A stretch of 64,000 nt of DNA from Candidatus Fermentithermobacillaceae bacterium (GTDB lineage: Bacteria; Bacillota; Sulfobacillia; Fermentithermobacillales; DUSS01). The position numbers were made by a program, and so were the translations under genes. The notes beneath the pieces are model-generated. The model was given only the letters and a program-made list of their open reading frames with translations. It had not been told where the DNA came from and ran no database searches. Position 1 is the first letter of the stretch, and each line of letters begins with the position of its first letter. The stretch is taken from NCBI GenBank assembly GCA_014896535.1, contig JADBKE010000007.1, positions 4,358-68,357 of the forward strand, given 5' to 3'. Below, piece after piece: positions 20,263-29,207 of this stretch.

Positions 20263-22112
20263 GCTGGTTTCACCTCCCGACTCGGTTCGGCAGGAAAAGA
20301 TCTACCGGCGAGATCTGCCGCCTTTGCGAACTCGCGAGCAATAATGATTTCGTCGGCAATCTGTCCGATGACTTGGGCTGGTTCTTCGCCGTCTGAAAGG
20401 GCGTTTCTGATCTCGGTCAGCAGTTTGTTGAGCGTCTCCCCGGCAATTGGCTCTAAGCCATGCCGCTGTCGTTTGCGGCTGATGATGCGCTCTACTTCAA
20501 ACTTTAGGACTTCCTTCACTTGCTTCACATTTTCACTCGACTTGGTCTCCCCCTGCGAGTCCTTAAACTGCATGGCCAAATCGCGCAATTCATAAGCCGC
20601 ACCGTCGGGAAGTGCGTCAGCTTGATGGAGAAATGCAAACCACTCGAGGCGACGGTCAAGCTCCCCCCAGCGACCCCTCACCGTTCTGTCCGCCCCGCTC
20701 CGCTTACTCAGGGTGATGCCGAGTGCGTTCTTGCCCTTTATCGACTTGGCCGCCCTTTCGGCATCCCGAGCCAGTTGGATGACGTCGGACAACGGTGCCA
20801 GGTGATGAGCAATGGCGATACCGACCGAGAGCGTGGGTGTGATTGTTTCGTTGTCCTGTACGACGCTAAAGTCTCTTAGCAAGCTGCCAAACGTTTCGGC
20901 GAGCGACCTTGCACAGTCCAGGACGGTATGTAGGGGAACGAACGCCAGAACATCGTCGCCTCCCGAATATACGAGCGAGCCATTGTGCTTTTCCACTATC
21001 TTTTTGGCTTCGCGGGCAAACCGACTTTGACAACTGGAAAGGTTCCGGTGTGCTTCGCAGGTCTTTTGGGCATCGATGACCTTGCCCATGTAGTCGCCAT
21101 CCGCGAGCAGAAGCGCGTAGTAAGGCAACGGTTCTCGCTCCCCGCAAGCGTCTTTCAAGAAGCTACGTAGCGCCTGTCTGGCCTTGGCAAACTTCTCTTT
21201 TTCGGGGAAGTACTCTCGCAAGCGTTGCTCAAAGAGTAGTTCTCCGTCGTTGCTGCCAAAGACAGGGTGCGGAGGTTGCACCGTCCCAAGAGCGTCTTCC
21301 AGGATACCAAGCGTTTTTAGCTCTTCGATATACCTCTTAACTAAAGGCACATCCTTGCTCTGAAGCCTATCCAGCAGCGGAAGCGCTGCCACATGCGACG
21401 TACTCAAGAAGTGTTCCTTCGCCTCGCGCCTACCGTGGCGCTTAAGCAGGCACACCCCACATAGGTGCTCACCACGCCGCACCCCATAGTCTCGGCGGAG
21501 TCTCTCATCGTGGTTCTCTCCCCGTTCGTCTTCTGTCGCGTGCGCTTTCGCTGGAATAACCGACTCCCGAATCCCGTCCAACGAGCACTTTGGTGCACTC
21601 CTTCCCCAGGAAACCGGGCCAAACTCTCGCGTCAGCTTCCGTGCGCTCAGCGCGGCCTCCGCGAGCTTTCGCGCCAGATCGTAATCGCTATCCCCGGTCA
21701 AAGTCGAAGCCGCCCAGTAAAACTCAATCAAGTCGTCCACCTGCTTCTCGGCGACGTCACGGGCGAAACTCCCTTTCACCTGGCAGTACGCTTCGTCTCG
21801 TAACTTGTGAAGTCGCTCGAGGATGGCGTTGTACACCGCGTCGGCGAGTTCCCGCGGGTCCTGTTTTATAAGCGCCACGATCTTGTTGGCAACGTTAAAC
21901 TCCTCGGACTCTAGGTCCTCAGGGCCGGCCGGTGCCGGAAACACTAGGCACCTAATATCTCCACCGTTTATCTTCACGATCTTCAGGGCCGCGGCTTTAG
22001 CCAATTCGCTTAGCATCCACGAGCCAAACCAGAGGTCCCGACTACGTCGTGCCGTCGCGATGAATTCCTGAACTGGCCCTATGTGAAAAATGACGAGCTT
22101 CGTCCCGCCCAT
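20259..22112 (-). CDS. cas10: Cas10/Cmr2 lacking HD domain, cyclase palm with GGDD motif
   Basis: 617 aa with N-terminus VIFHIGPVQEFIATARRSRDLWFGSWMLSEL (Cmr2dHD-type). Palm motifs LLLADGDYMG and YSGGDDVLAF are intact, and there is no HD signature. Confidence 0.85.
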   Translation of the reverse strand: MGGTKLVIFHIGPVQEFIATARRSRDLWFGSWMLSELAKAAALKIVKINGGDIRCLVFPAPAGPEDLESEEFNVANKIVALIKQDPRELADAVYNAILERLHKLRDEAYCQVKGSFARDVAEKQVDDLIEFYWAASTLTGDSDYDLARKLAEAALSARKLTREFGPVSWGRSAPKCSLDGIRESVIPAKAHATEDERGENHDERLRRDYGVRRGEHLCGVCLLKRHGRREAKEHFLSTSHVAALPLLDRLQSKDVPLVKRYIEELKTLGILEDALGTVQPPHPVFGSNDGELLFEQRLREYFPEKEKFAKARQALRSFLKDACGEREPLPYYALLLADGDYMGKVIDAQKTCEAHRNLSSCQSRFAREAKKIVEKHNGSLVYSGGDDVLAFVPLHTVLDCARSLAETFGSLLRDFSVVQDNETITPTLSVGIAIAHHLAPLSDVIQLARDAERAAKSIKGKNALGITLSKRSGADRTVRGRWGELDRRLEWFAFLHQADALPDGAAYELRDLAMQFKDSQGETKSSENVKQVKEVLKFEVERIISRKRQRHGLEPIAGETLNKLLTEIRNALSDGEEPAQVIGQIADEIIIAREFAKAADLAGRSFPAEPSREVKPA

Positions 22113-23123
22113 AATCTTCCTGCACTCCTCCTTTCCTCAAGAACTCTGGCAACCGACCTCCTCTTGTCCCCGCCTTTTCCTCGCCTCCTCCGGTACGGCT
22201 TGCAGATTTACGATCTCAGCCACTTCAAAGCGCGGTGGAAACAGAGCCCGGAACAGACCGAAGCCACACCACACAGCAAGTGACCAACAACCACCCCACG
22301 ATCTCCACAACTTTGCGCCATGCTGAAACACGCAAGTTGGGGGCTGTCGCTCAGCGTCCGCCCCGACGCGCCACGAAGTAGAAGGTCTGCAATAGCACTG
22401 TATGTCTCCCTGGGCTTGGGTGAAACTCCGCAAGCTGGGTCGTACCCTTTAGAACGAGCTCCACCTCGAAAAGTTGGTTGAGCTGTTCCTACATCCACAA
22501 CGCCTAAACACAACCGCGCAGTATGTCGGCAGACGGCGGATCAGCACGATCCTGGCTAATGTTTCTCCGCTCTGGGTTATGTTTCCTTCCCTAGGAGGAC
22601 CACCGTGACGAAATATTCGGTCCGCTTTCGGCACGAACTTGCTTCACCTGACATCACAGCGGACTAGGCCTGACACGCTTGATTTCACCCGCATTCTACT
22701 GGTGGCACTCCCGCCATCGTTCAAGCTCGTCCCCCTCCTTTCTCTCAGGAAGAGGCCACCAATGCGCTCCACAGTCTTCGTCTAACGGGTCATTCCGCGC
22801 CTGTGGTCCGAATTGCCACCGAAACGGGGCTGTCTGACCAGCTGTCAGAAAGTCATTTTTCCCGCCACTCCTTTCAAGTGAGATCGATCTCAAACCGGAC
22901 CCCAACTCTTCATAGGCCCTGATCCCAAATTCGCTCGCGACAGCCACATAAGCGCGAAAAACCGTTTTTCAGGATCGTGAAAACCCGAACGAGCTCTCCG
23001 CTTTCCTTCCATCGCGGTGCCGGTGATCTCAGGCCGTTGTATCCGCCAATAATGTCGCCATCAGCGTAGTTCGTCTGGGCTGTTAGACTTTTCTGGCAAA
23101 GGCTCCAGTGGGCCCAGGGAACG

Positions 23124-23234
23124 CTCTCAGTTCCCCCTGGCTAGCGGTTCTGACTGCAACATCAATGAGGTAATCAAGCAATGCAAGACTTACGAAGCTT
23201 TCAGTCCCCTCTACCTCGGGGTTCTCGCTGCCTT
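23124..23234. CRISPR. two degenerate CRISPR repeats (trailer-end remnant of the large array)
   Basis: 23124-23160 ctctcagttccccctggctagcggttctgactgcaac and 23198-23234 ctttcagtcccctctacctcggggttctcgctgccttg are separated by a 37-nt spacer. Both have the same length and register as the array repeat, with several mismatches. Confidence 0.6.
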
Positions 23235-23354
23235 GTCACCTTGCACATTAATCTTCCGGGTTTAGCAGTTCCCTCTGTCACATTACTCTAGAATCTTGCC
23301 AATCCCTCTCTCGAGCAAAGTGATAATTTCTTTTCAGTTTGCTGTGGGAGGAGA

Positions 23355-23705
23355 ATGGCTGTGCAAATTCTCTGGAGGGCGCCAATCTCGCTTGAGGAGT
23401 ATGCTTCCCTGGGGAGGGCAGCAGAGTTCCCGGTTCCCAGGGAATGTGCTGCCTGCGGAAGGAAAGTGAGCCTGAAGCGCCACGGGTGGTGTCGGAGGTA
23501 CGCGGTGAGGCAGGACATCGAAGTACAGGTCTGGATTCCGAGGCTTCTGTGCCCTGCGTGCGGCAGGACTATTTCGCTTCTACCCTCGTTCCTCCTCCCC
23601 CGGTTTCAGCGGACGGTGGAATTCATCGTCAAGGTGCTTGGAAAGAACGTCTCATGCTCAAGGTGTACCGTCTCACGTTTTCCTGACCGAGTTGTCTCAG
23701 ATTGA
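23355..23705 (+). CDS. transposase-associated zinc-ribbon protein (truncated paralogue of 26389-26916)
   Basis: CxxCG...C..C pattern and the LPSFLLPRFQRT motif are shared with the 175-aa ORF at 26389-26916 (LPWFLAPHRP...). Confidence 0.45.
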   Translation: MAVQILWRAPISLEEYASLGRAAEFPVPRECAACGRKVSLKRHGWCRRYAVRQDIEVQVWIPRLLCPACGRTISLLPSFLLPRFQRTVEFIVKVLGKNVSCSRCTVSRFPDRVVSD

Positions 23706-23768
23706 GATGACTTTTGCGTGACACAAAGAAGGCTGCCCTGGAAGGAGCGGCAGCCGCCGGGTTAGGTT

Positions 23769-24581
23769 TCAGTTCCCGTTCAAATCCTGGATCACCCTGA
23801 GCACCAGCTTCTGGTCGATGAGTTCTTTCTGCTCGATGAAAGCGGCCAGGAGTGAATTGGCGCACACGTGGTTAATGCGCCTGGGGATGCCGCGGGCGTA
23901 CTGGAAGATCTCCTCGATGGCCTCCGGGGTGAACAGGGGCGAGGTACGGCCTGCCACTTTGAGGTGATGGGCGATGTACTCCCTGGTTTCCGGGGCGGTG
24001 AGTCCCCGCATGTGGTACCGCACCATGAGCCGCTGGGTGATGTGGTCGTAGCAGGAAAGCCGGAGTCTGTCCCGGAGTGGGGTTTGTCCCACGAGGATGA
24101 GCGCCATGGGACATGCGCTGTCCATGTCGAAATTGGTGAGCAGCCTCAGTTCTTGGAGGCTGGTCTCTGGTAGCAGGTGGGCGTCGTCGATCACGACCAC
24201 CGGGGTCTTTCCTTGCTCGAACACGGCCCACAGGGTATCGGCGAGCTGCTTCACGGTGTCCGATTTGTGGTAACGGGGCTCCACGCCGAGGCCCAGGAGC
24301 AGTTGGCGGTAAAGCCCCCGAGCGGGGAGCAGGGGATTAGACAAGGTACAACCAGCGTGACCTGAGTGGGTCCAGGGAGGCACGCAGGGCTCGCAGGCAA
24401 GTAGACTTTGCCCGAGCCCACGTCCCCTGTTAGGAGGGCCATGCCCCTCTGCATGACGGCCCAGTTCAGGCGGGCCAGCGCCTCGAGGTGGTCCTGGGAA
24501 GGAAAGAGTTGGTCCGGAGGAAGGTCCCGGCCAAATGGGGTGCGGGTGAAGTTGAAGAAAGCTCTCGTACATGCTATTCAC
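23769..24581 (-). pseudogene. TniB/ExeA-like AAA+ transposition ATPase, frameshifted
   Basis: The C-terminal two-thirds align with the intact paralogue at 28143-28943 (VVIDDAHLLP, ALILVGQTPLRDRLRL). The Walker A motif (LLTGDVGSGKV) is encoded in a different frame (24251-24454). Confidence 0.6.
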
Positions 24582-26364
24582 CTCCGTGTGCGTTTTCTGA
24601 TTTCCTCAAGGTAAGCCGAGATGTGCCGACCGGTGCCCAGGTGTCGGCAGGCATGTTCCAGGGCTTCCCGGCAGAGATCGATGTCCAGGGGGCCGTACGT
24701 GGCCCAGAACTCGCGGGCCTCCCTGGTTTCGGCTTCGGTGAGGTTGCGCCCCAGGCCCAGGTGCAGGAGAGCAAGGAACGGGGCCACTCCACCCGTGGCC
24801 CCGGGAAGCGAAGGTTTTGGGCAGTTCGGAAAAACGCAGGCGCTCGATTTCCTCGGCGAGGCGGTGGTCGTGCTGGGAGCGCAGGAGTTTGAGGTAACTC
24901 ATGCTGAAGCCAGGCGGGTGCAGGGGCTGTCTCGGTGCTGCGCGAAAGGGATGTCTTGTTCAGGGTTAGAGGGACCGCCACCTGGTAGAAGCGACCATCA
25001 ACCCACACTTCCACGCGGGTGAGGTCGAAGGGGTCGTAGCGCACCTCGACCTTCTGCCGGTCCCTGAGTTCGGGGTCCACCTGGTAGCGGTTGCTGCCTA
25101 TACGTATGGTGGCGTCCTTCCTCACCGTGCGGGTGTCTCGGGTGAGGAAGAGGTTGGCCAAAGCCACGGGGTCGGGAAGTTTGGGTGGCTTGCGGAAGTA
25201 GCGGTCGCGGGGAGGCTCGCCCGTCTCCGAGTGGGGCCTTCGATGGTAGTCCTCCTCCAACCAGGCCCAGAAGTAAGCGTTGGCCTCTTCCACGGTCTTC
25301 ACCTCTTCCCTGGCTACCAGCAGGCGAAGTTCCGGGTAGACCTCGTTCTGCACGGTCTGGTTGAACCGCTCTACCTTGCCGCGGGCGGCGGGGTTTTTCC
25401 TGCGGCCCAGGATGACCTGGATGCCGAGGGCAGCACAAGCGGCGCGGAAGTGTCGCGAAACGTGGATGCCGGCCCGGTCCACGTAGACGGCCTCAGGGAT
25501 GCCGGCCTTGGCCAGGGCCTGGCGCATGCAGTGCTCGAGGCGCGGCATCTTGCCGTCCGGGTAGAACTGGGCGTGGGGGCAGTAGCGGCTGTAGTCGTCG
25601 ATGACGACGAACAGCACGGTTTTGCGAAACTTCCCCGGCCGTCTGGGGTCGGGGAGGAAGATGCCGTCGGCCTGGTCGATCTGCCACAGTTCCCCTGGTT
25701 GTTCCCGCTCGAAGCGCTGATAGACCCGACGCGGGCCCGGCTGTCTGCGGGTGAGGCCGAGGGCGTGGAGGTGCCGGTGCAGGGTAGCCCGGGAGATGGA
25801 CCCCTTTGCCACTCCCGAGTCGGGGTCGGCCTCCAGCATCCGGATGATCTGGGGGATGGAGCGGGCGGGCAACTCCCGCTTGAGCTGGGCGGCCCGCTCG
25901 ATGAGGGCGGGGGTAAGGGCACGCGGTTTTCCCCGGTCCTTCCGGGGTTTGGGCTTGAGTGCCTCGAACCCTCCCTTGCGGTAGCGGGCCAGCCAGGACT
26001 TGAGCGTGGAAACCGACAGACGCACCTTCTCTCCGCCCGGAGCCTCCCATTCCTGGTTGGCCAGGCGCTGCAGGATGCGAGTCTGCTCGCCGCGGGGGAG
26101 TTTCCGCTGCAACAGTTCGGCTATGCACCCGTAGCGGAACAGCGCCACCTCCACCCTGCGGTCCTCGTCGTCCATCTTCTGGCACCTCCCGGCCCCGAGC
26201 GTACTACCCGGGCACCGGGACTGAATACTTCGGGTTGTGTGGGACATGCACCCGGGGACGGTGTTCTTCCTGTTTGTAGCAGCAGAGTCGGAACCCACCC
26301 AGGCATCATATCCTGGAGCAGATGGTTGCTGGTTCGAAAGGCAGCATATGGACGGGAGAGGCAT
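24574..26364 (-). CDS. Mu-like DDE transposase (rve integrase core + Mu-transposase C-terminal domain)
   Basis: 596 aa with an N-terminal HTH region, DDE core (WQIDQAD..., VVIDDYSRY, ...ERFN) and a C-terminal beta-barrel (RYQVDPELRDRQKVEVRYDPFDL). Confidence 0.8.
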   Translation of the reverse strand: MPLPSICCLSNQQPSAPGYDAWVGSDSAATNRKNTVPGCMSHTTRSIQSRCPGSTLGAGRCQKMDDEDRRVEVALFRYGCIAELLQRKLPRGEQTRILQRLANQEWEAPGGEKVRLSVSTLKSWLARYRKGGFEALKPKPRKDRGKPRALTPALIERAAQLKRELPARSIPQIIRMLEADPDSGVAKGSISRATLHRHLHALGLTRRQPGPRRVYQRFEREQPGELWQIDQADGIFLPDPRRPGKFRKTVLFVVIDDYSRYCPHAQFYPDGKMPRLEHCMRQALAKAGIPEAVYVDRAGIHVSRHFRAACAALGIQVILGRRKNPAARGKVERFNQTVQNEVYPELRLLVAREEVKTVEEANAYFWAWLEEDYHRRPHSETGEPPRDRYFRKPPKLPDPVALANLFLTRDTRTVRKDATIRIGSNRYQVDPELRDRQKVEVRYDPFDLTRVEVWVDGRFYQVAVPLTLNKTSLSRSTETAPAPAWLQHELPQTPALPARPPPRRGNRAPAFFRTAQNLRFPGPRVEWPRSLLSCTWAWGATSPKPKPGRPASSGPRTAPWTSISAGKPWNMPADTWAPVGTSRLTLRKSENAHGGE

Positions 26365-26388
26365 GGAGTCTTCCCTGTTCGAGATGGG

Positions 26389-26916
26389 TTACAGCCAGAT
26401 GGGGGTGTCCTCCTCAGCGCTGGCACTGAGGTGGACGTTGCACCACCCGAGCGGCCTTGAGGCGGGGAAATCGAGGTCGGCTTTGACGCGCCGGCAGGCG
26501 AGCCAGAAGGCAATGATGGCCGCGTGGAGGAGTTTCAACTTGTCGCCGGTGAAAGGGCGCAGGAGAGTGTCCAGTTCAAGTTCGGGGTCAAGCCGCCTGG
26601 CATCGCGGGAGAGCATGGCCACGACCCTGTCCGCCAGGTTGCGGATGCGGCGGATCCAGCGCTGGAGGGTGGATGGGGAAACCTGCGTGATGGCGTTGGC
26701 CAACTGGTACCAGGAACATCCCCTGAGGCGGAGGCGGAACGCCCTGTCGACAAGAGCCATCAGGCAGGGCCGGTGAGGTGCGAGGAACCAGGGGAGCACG
26801 GCGTGGGTTCGACGGCATCCGGGGCAGCGCACCCTTCGAACCTTAACACCTATCTTACGCCAGTACCATCCGTGGCCCTGCAGTTTCCGTCCGCACTTCG
26901 GGCACTTGCGGAGCAA
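26389..26916 (-). CDS. transposase-associated zinc-ribbon protein
   Basis: 175 aa starting MLRKCPKCGRKL...RCPGCRRTHAVLPWFLAPH. It is the first gene of the IS unit, followed 25 bp later by the transposase. Confidence 0.5.
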   Translation of the reverse strand: MLRKCPKCGRKLQGHGWYWRKIGVKVRRVRCPGCRRTHAVLPWFLAPHRPCLMALVDRAFRLRLRGCSWYQLANAITQVSPSTLQRWIRRIRNLADRVVAMLSRDARRLDPELELDTLLRPFTGDKLKLLHAAIIAFWLACRRVKADLDFPASRPLGWCNVHLSASAEEDTPIWL

Positions 26917-27284
26917 AGCTGCTCGGGCTTCCTCATCGCCCGACTCCGTATCTATCGTGCCAGCTCTTGTACTCCTTGACGTTGGAGCCCAGGTTCCTTA
27001 CGATGATCAACGGGATCTGGGTTCTACCCACAACCAACACAGGCCTCTTGCGCTTCGGAGCCGTGGCAAGAGGCCTGATCTTTCTCCGCCCAGGCAGAAC
27101 CCCGTAGGAAGTTCCTCACCCTATCCAGTTTTTCCTTTTGGTCAGCCTAATGTGAGACAAACCGGCTCATTCAGGTCAAAACAATCTGCGACGGTACACT
27201 CAAGGGAGATTGCGGGGTTCTACTGAAACAGGCTCTTGAAAAACATCAACCGGATACTCGCGTTTTTACCGGTTCCTGAAGGCC

Positions 27285-28139
27285 TTGGCGCTGGCAGGTC
27301 CCAAACAGAGAAAGGAGCCGGGAAGAAAGAGGTTCGCCTACGAAAAGGTCAACGCCATGTGGCAGGCGGACATCTCCTCGGGTCCTTACATCAAGATGGG
27401 CAAAAGAAAGGTTCCGACGTTCCTCTTCGCCTTTCTCGATGACGCGTCAAGGCTCGTGCCCTACGCCCTGTACACCCCCAACCAGGGGTTTGATTCCCTG
27501 AAGACTGTCTTCAAGGAGGCGCTGTCCAGACGGGGCATACCGCAGATGATCTACGCCGACAACGGGAAGATCTACACAAGCCAACAGTTCCAGTGGGTTT
27601 GCGCCTCGCTGGGCATCGCTTTAGTCCACACAAAACCCTACGACCCTTCGGCAAAGGGGAAGATCGAGAGATTCTTCCTCTCGGTCAGGCAAAGGTTCCT
27701 CTCCGCCCTCGATTACGAAGGACTGACGCTGGATTCCCTAAACGAGTCCTTCCTCTCATGGCTTGAGAAGGATTACAACTCACGGCCCCACAGCGCCATC
27801 GGGATGTCCCCCATCGACATGTACATGTCTCAGTCCAGTTCCCTGAAGATGCTGGACGACCCGTCGGTCCTGGAGCCTCTTTTTCTTCGAAGGGAAATCC
27901 GCAAGGTGCGTCACGACTCCACCATATCCGTGCAGAACCATCTCTTCGAAGTGCCTCCGGCGCTCGTCGGCAAAAGGGTGGAGGTCAGATTCGACCCAGA
28001 CGATTTGAGCGAAGTCCTCATCTACGACGAAGGCGTGGAGGTGGCGAGGACAAGACCAGTAAATCTCCACGAAAACGCCAGGGTCAAAAGGGAAAAGCCG
28101 GCTCTTCGTCTGTCTGAACTCGATGCACAGGAGGAATGA
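27285..28139 (+). pseudogene. Mu-like DDE transposase, 5'-truncated copy
   Basis: 284 aa aligning to residues ~205-596 of the 24574-26364 transposase (WQADIS..., FLDDASRL, ...ERFF). The N-terminal DNA-binding region is absent. Confidence 0.65.
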
Positions 28140-28142
28140 ATC

Positions 28143-28943
28143 ATGTACAGGGCATTCTACTCGCTTTCTCAGGACCCGTTTACCAAGGACATTCGGCCTC
28201 AGGACCATTTCCCTTCGAGGGGGTTCAAAGAGGCCTTGGCCCGCATCAGGTACCTCGTGGAGACCAGAGGCATGGGCGTGATCCTCGGCGAGCCCGGCTG
28301 CGGCAAGACTTATGCCTTGCGGTCTGTGGCGGAAAGCCTGAATCCGTCCCTCTACAGGACCGTCTATTTGCCTCTCTCCACGGGAACCACCATGGACATG
28401 TACAGGGCGATCGCAGCCGGTCTGGGTGAGGAGCCTCGCTTTCGGAAGGTGGACCTTTTTGGCCAGATCCAGAAGGCCGTCGGGCATCTGTACTATGACA
28501 AGAAGATTACCCCCGTCTTCATCATGGACGAGATGCACCTCGCCCGCTCAGACTTCCTCCTCGACCTGGCCATGATCTTCAACTTCTCCATGGACTCGAA
28601 AAACCCCTTCGTCCTCATCCTGTCGGCCTTGCCTTTCTTCCAATCCCGCCTCAGACTCAACCAGGCACAACCCCTGGCGCAGCGGATCATCGTCCAGTAC
28701 AAGTTCGAGCCCCTGGACAAAGATGAGGTCAAGGGCTATCTCGACCACAGGCTCAGACTCGCTGGTGCGGTGACACCAATCTTCACCGACCAGGCCATCG
28801 AGGCCATAGCTTCTCACACGGGCGGATGGCCAAGGCTCATCAACAACTTGGCATCCACGGCCCTGCTCTACGGAGCTCAACTGAAGAGAAACCCCATCGA
28901 CGAGGACATCATCCGAATGGCCGCGGAAGAAACCAACTTGTGA
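28143..28943 (+). CDS. TniB/ExeA-like AAA+ transposition ATPase
   Basis: 266 aa with Walker A GEPGCGKT, Walker B VFIMDEMH and a sensor region. It immediately follows the transposase. Confidence 0.75.
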   Translation: MYRAFYSLSQDPFTKDIRPQDHFPSRGFKEALARIRYLVETRGMGVILGEPGCGKTYALRSVAESLNPSLYRTVYLPLSTGTTMDMYRAIAAGLGEEPRFRKVDLFGQIQKAVGHLYYDKKITPVFIMDEMHLARSDFLLDLAMIFNFSMDSKNPFVLILSALPFFQSRLRLNQAQPLAQRIIVQYKFEPLDKDEVKGYLDHRLRLAGAVTPIFTDQAIEAIASHTGGWPRLINNLASTALLYGAQLKRNPIDEDIIRMAAEETNL

Positions 28944-29207
28944 GCCTGTATCGGGTGGCCACCTCCGCGGTTACTGTTCTTCTGGGTCCGGTCTCCAGCC
29001 GGACGCAACCGTTTCATCCGGTCCATTCGAAAAAGGTGCTCGCAACCACCAGACGACTGTGCAAAACCTCCGCCAGACGCGACCATCCAGAGTGAAAATG
29101 GCGAATTACCGTGGCGTAAGACGGCTATTACAGTGTGACAAACGGGGGCGGAGTTAATTCGAAAAATGACACCTTTGGGCAGAAAATTTACGTGGATGGA
29201 GTTCTAA

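Larger units (their letters stand above)
23276..29140. mobile_element. composite of nested, decayed IS copies (Mu-like DDE transposase + TniB-like ATPase + Zn-ribbon ORF) inserted in the CRISPR trailer
   Basis: Two related gene sets lie in opposite orientation (23769-26916 minus, 27285-28943 plus), with an extra truncated Zn-ribbon ORF at 23355-23705. Weak terminal inverted repeats tgtcacattact (23276) and agtgtgaca (29131) sit at the ends. Confidence 0.5.

Noticed and set aside
25231-26460. 409-aa plus-strand ORF and several 130-230-aa ORFs antisense to or overlapping the 596-aa transposase
   Set aside because: No recognisable motifs and biased composition. The minus-strand frame carries clear DDE/Mu-transposase motifs.
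27780-28538. 252-aa minus-strand ORF spanning the transposase/ATPase junction of IS copy B
   Set aside because: Antisense to two ORFs with strong family motifs and a histidine-rich odd composition.
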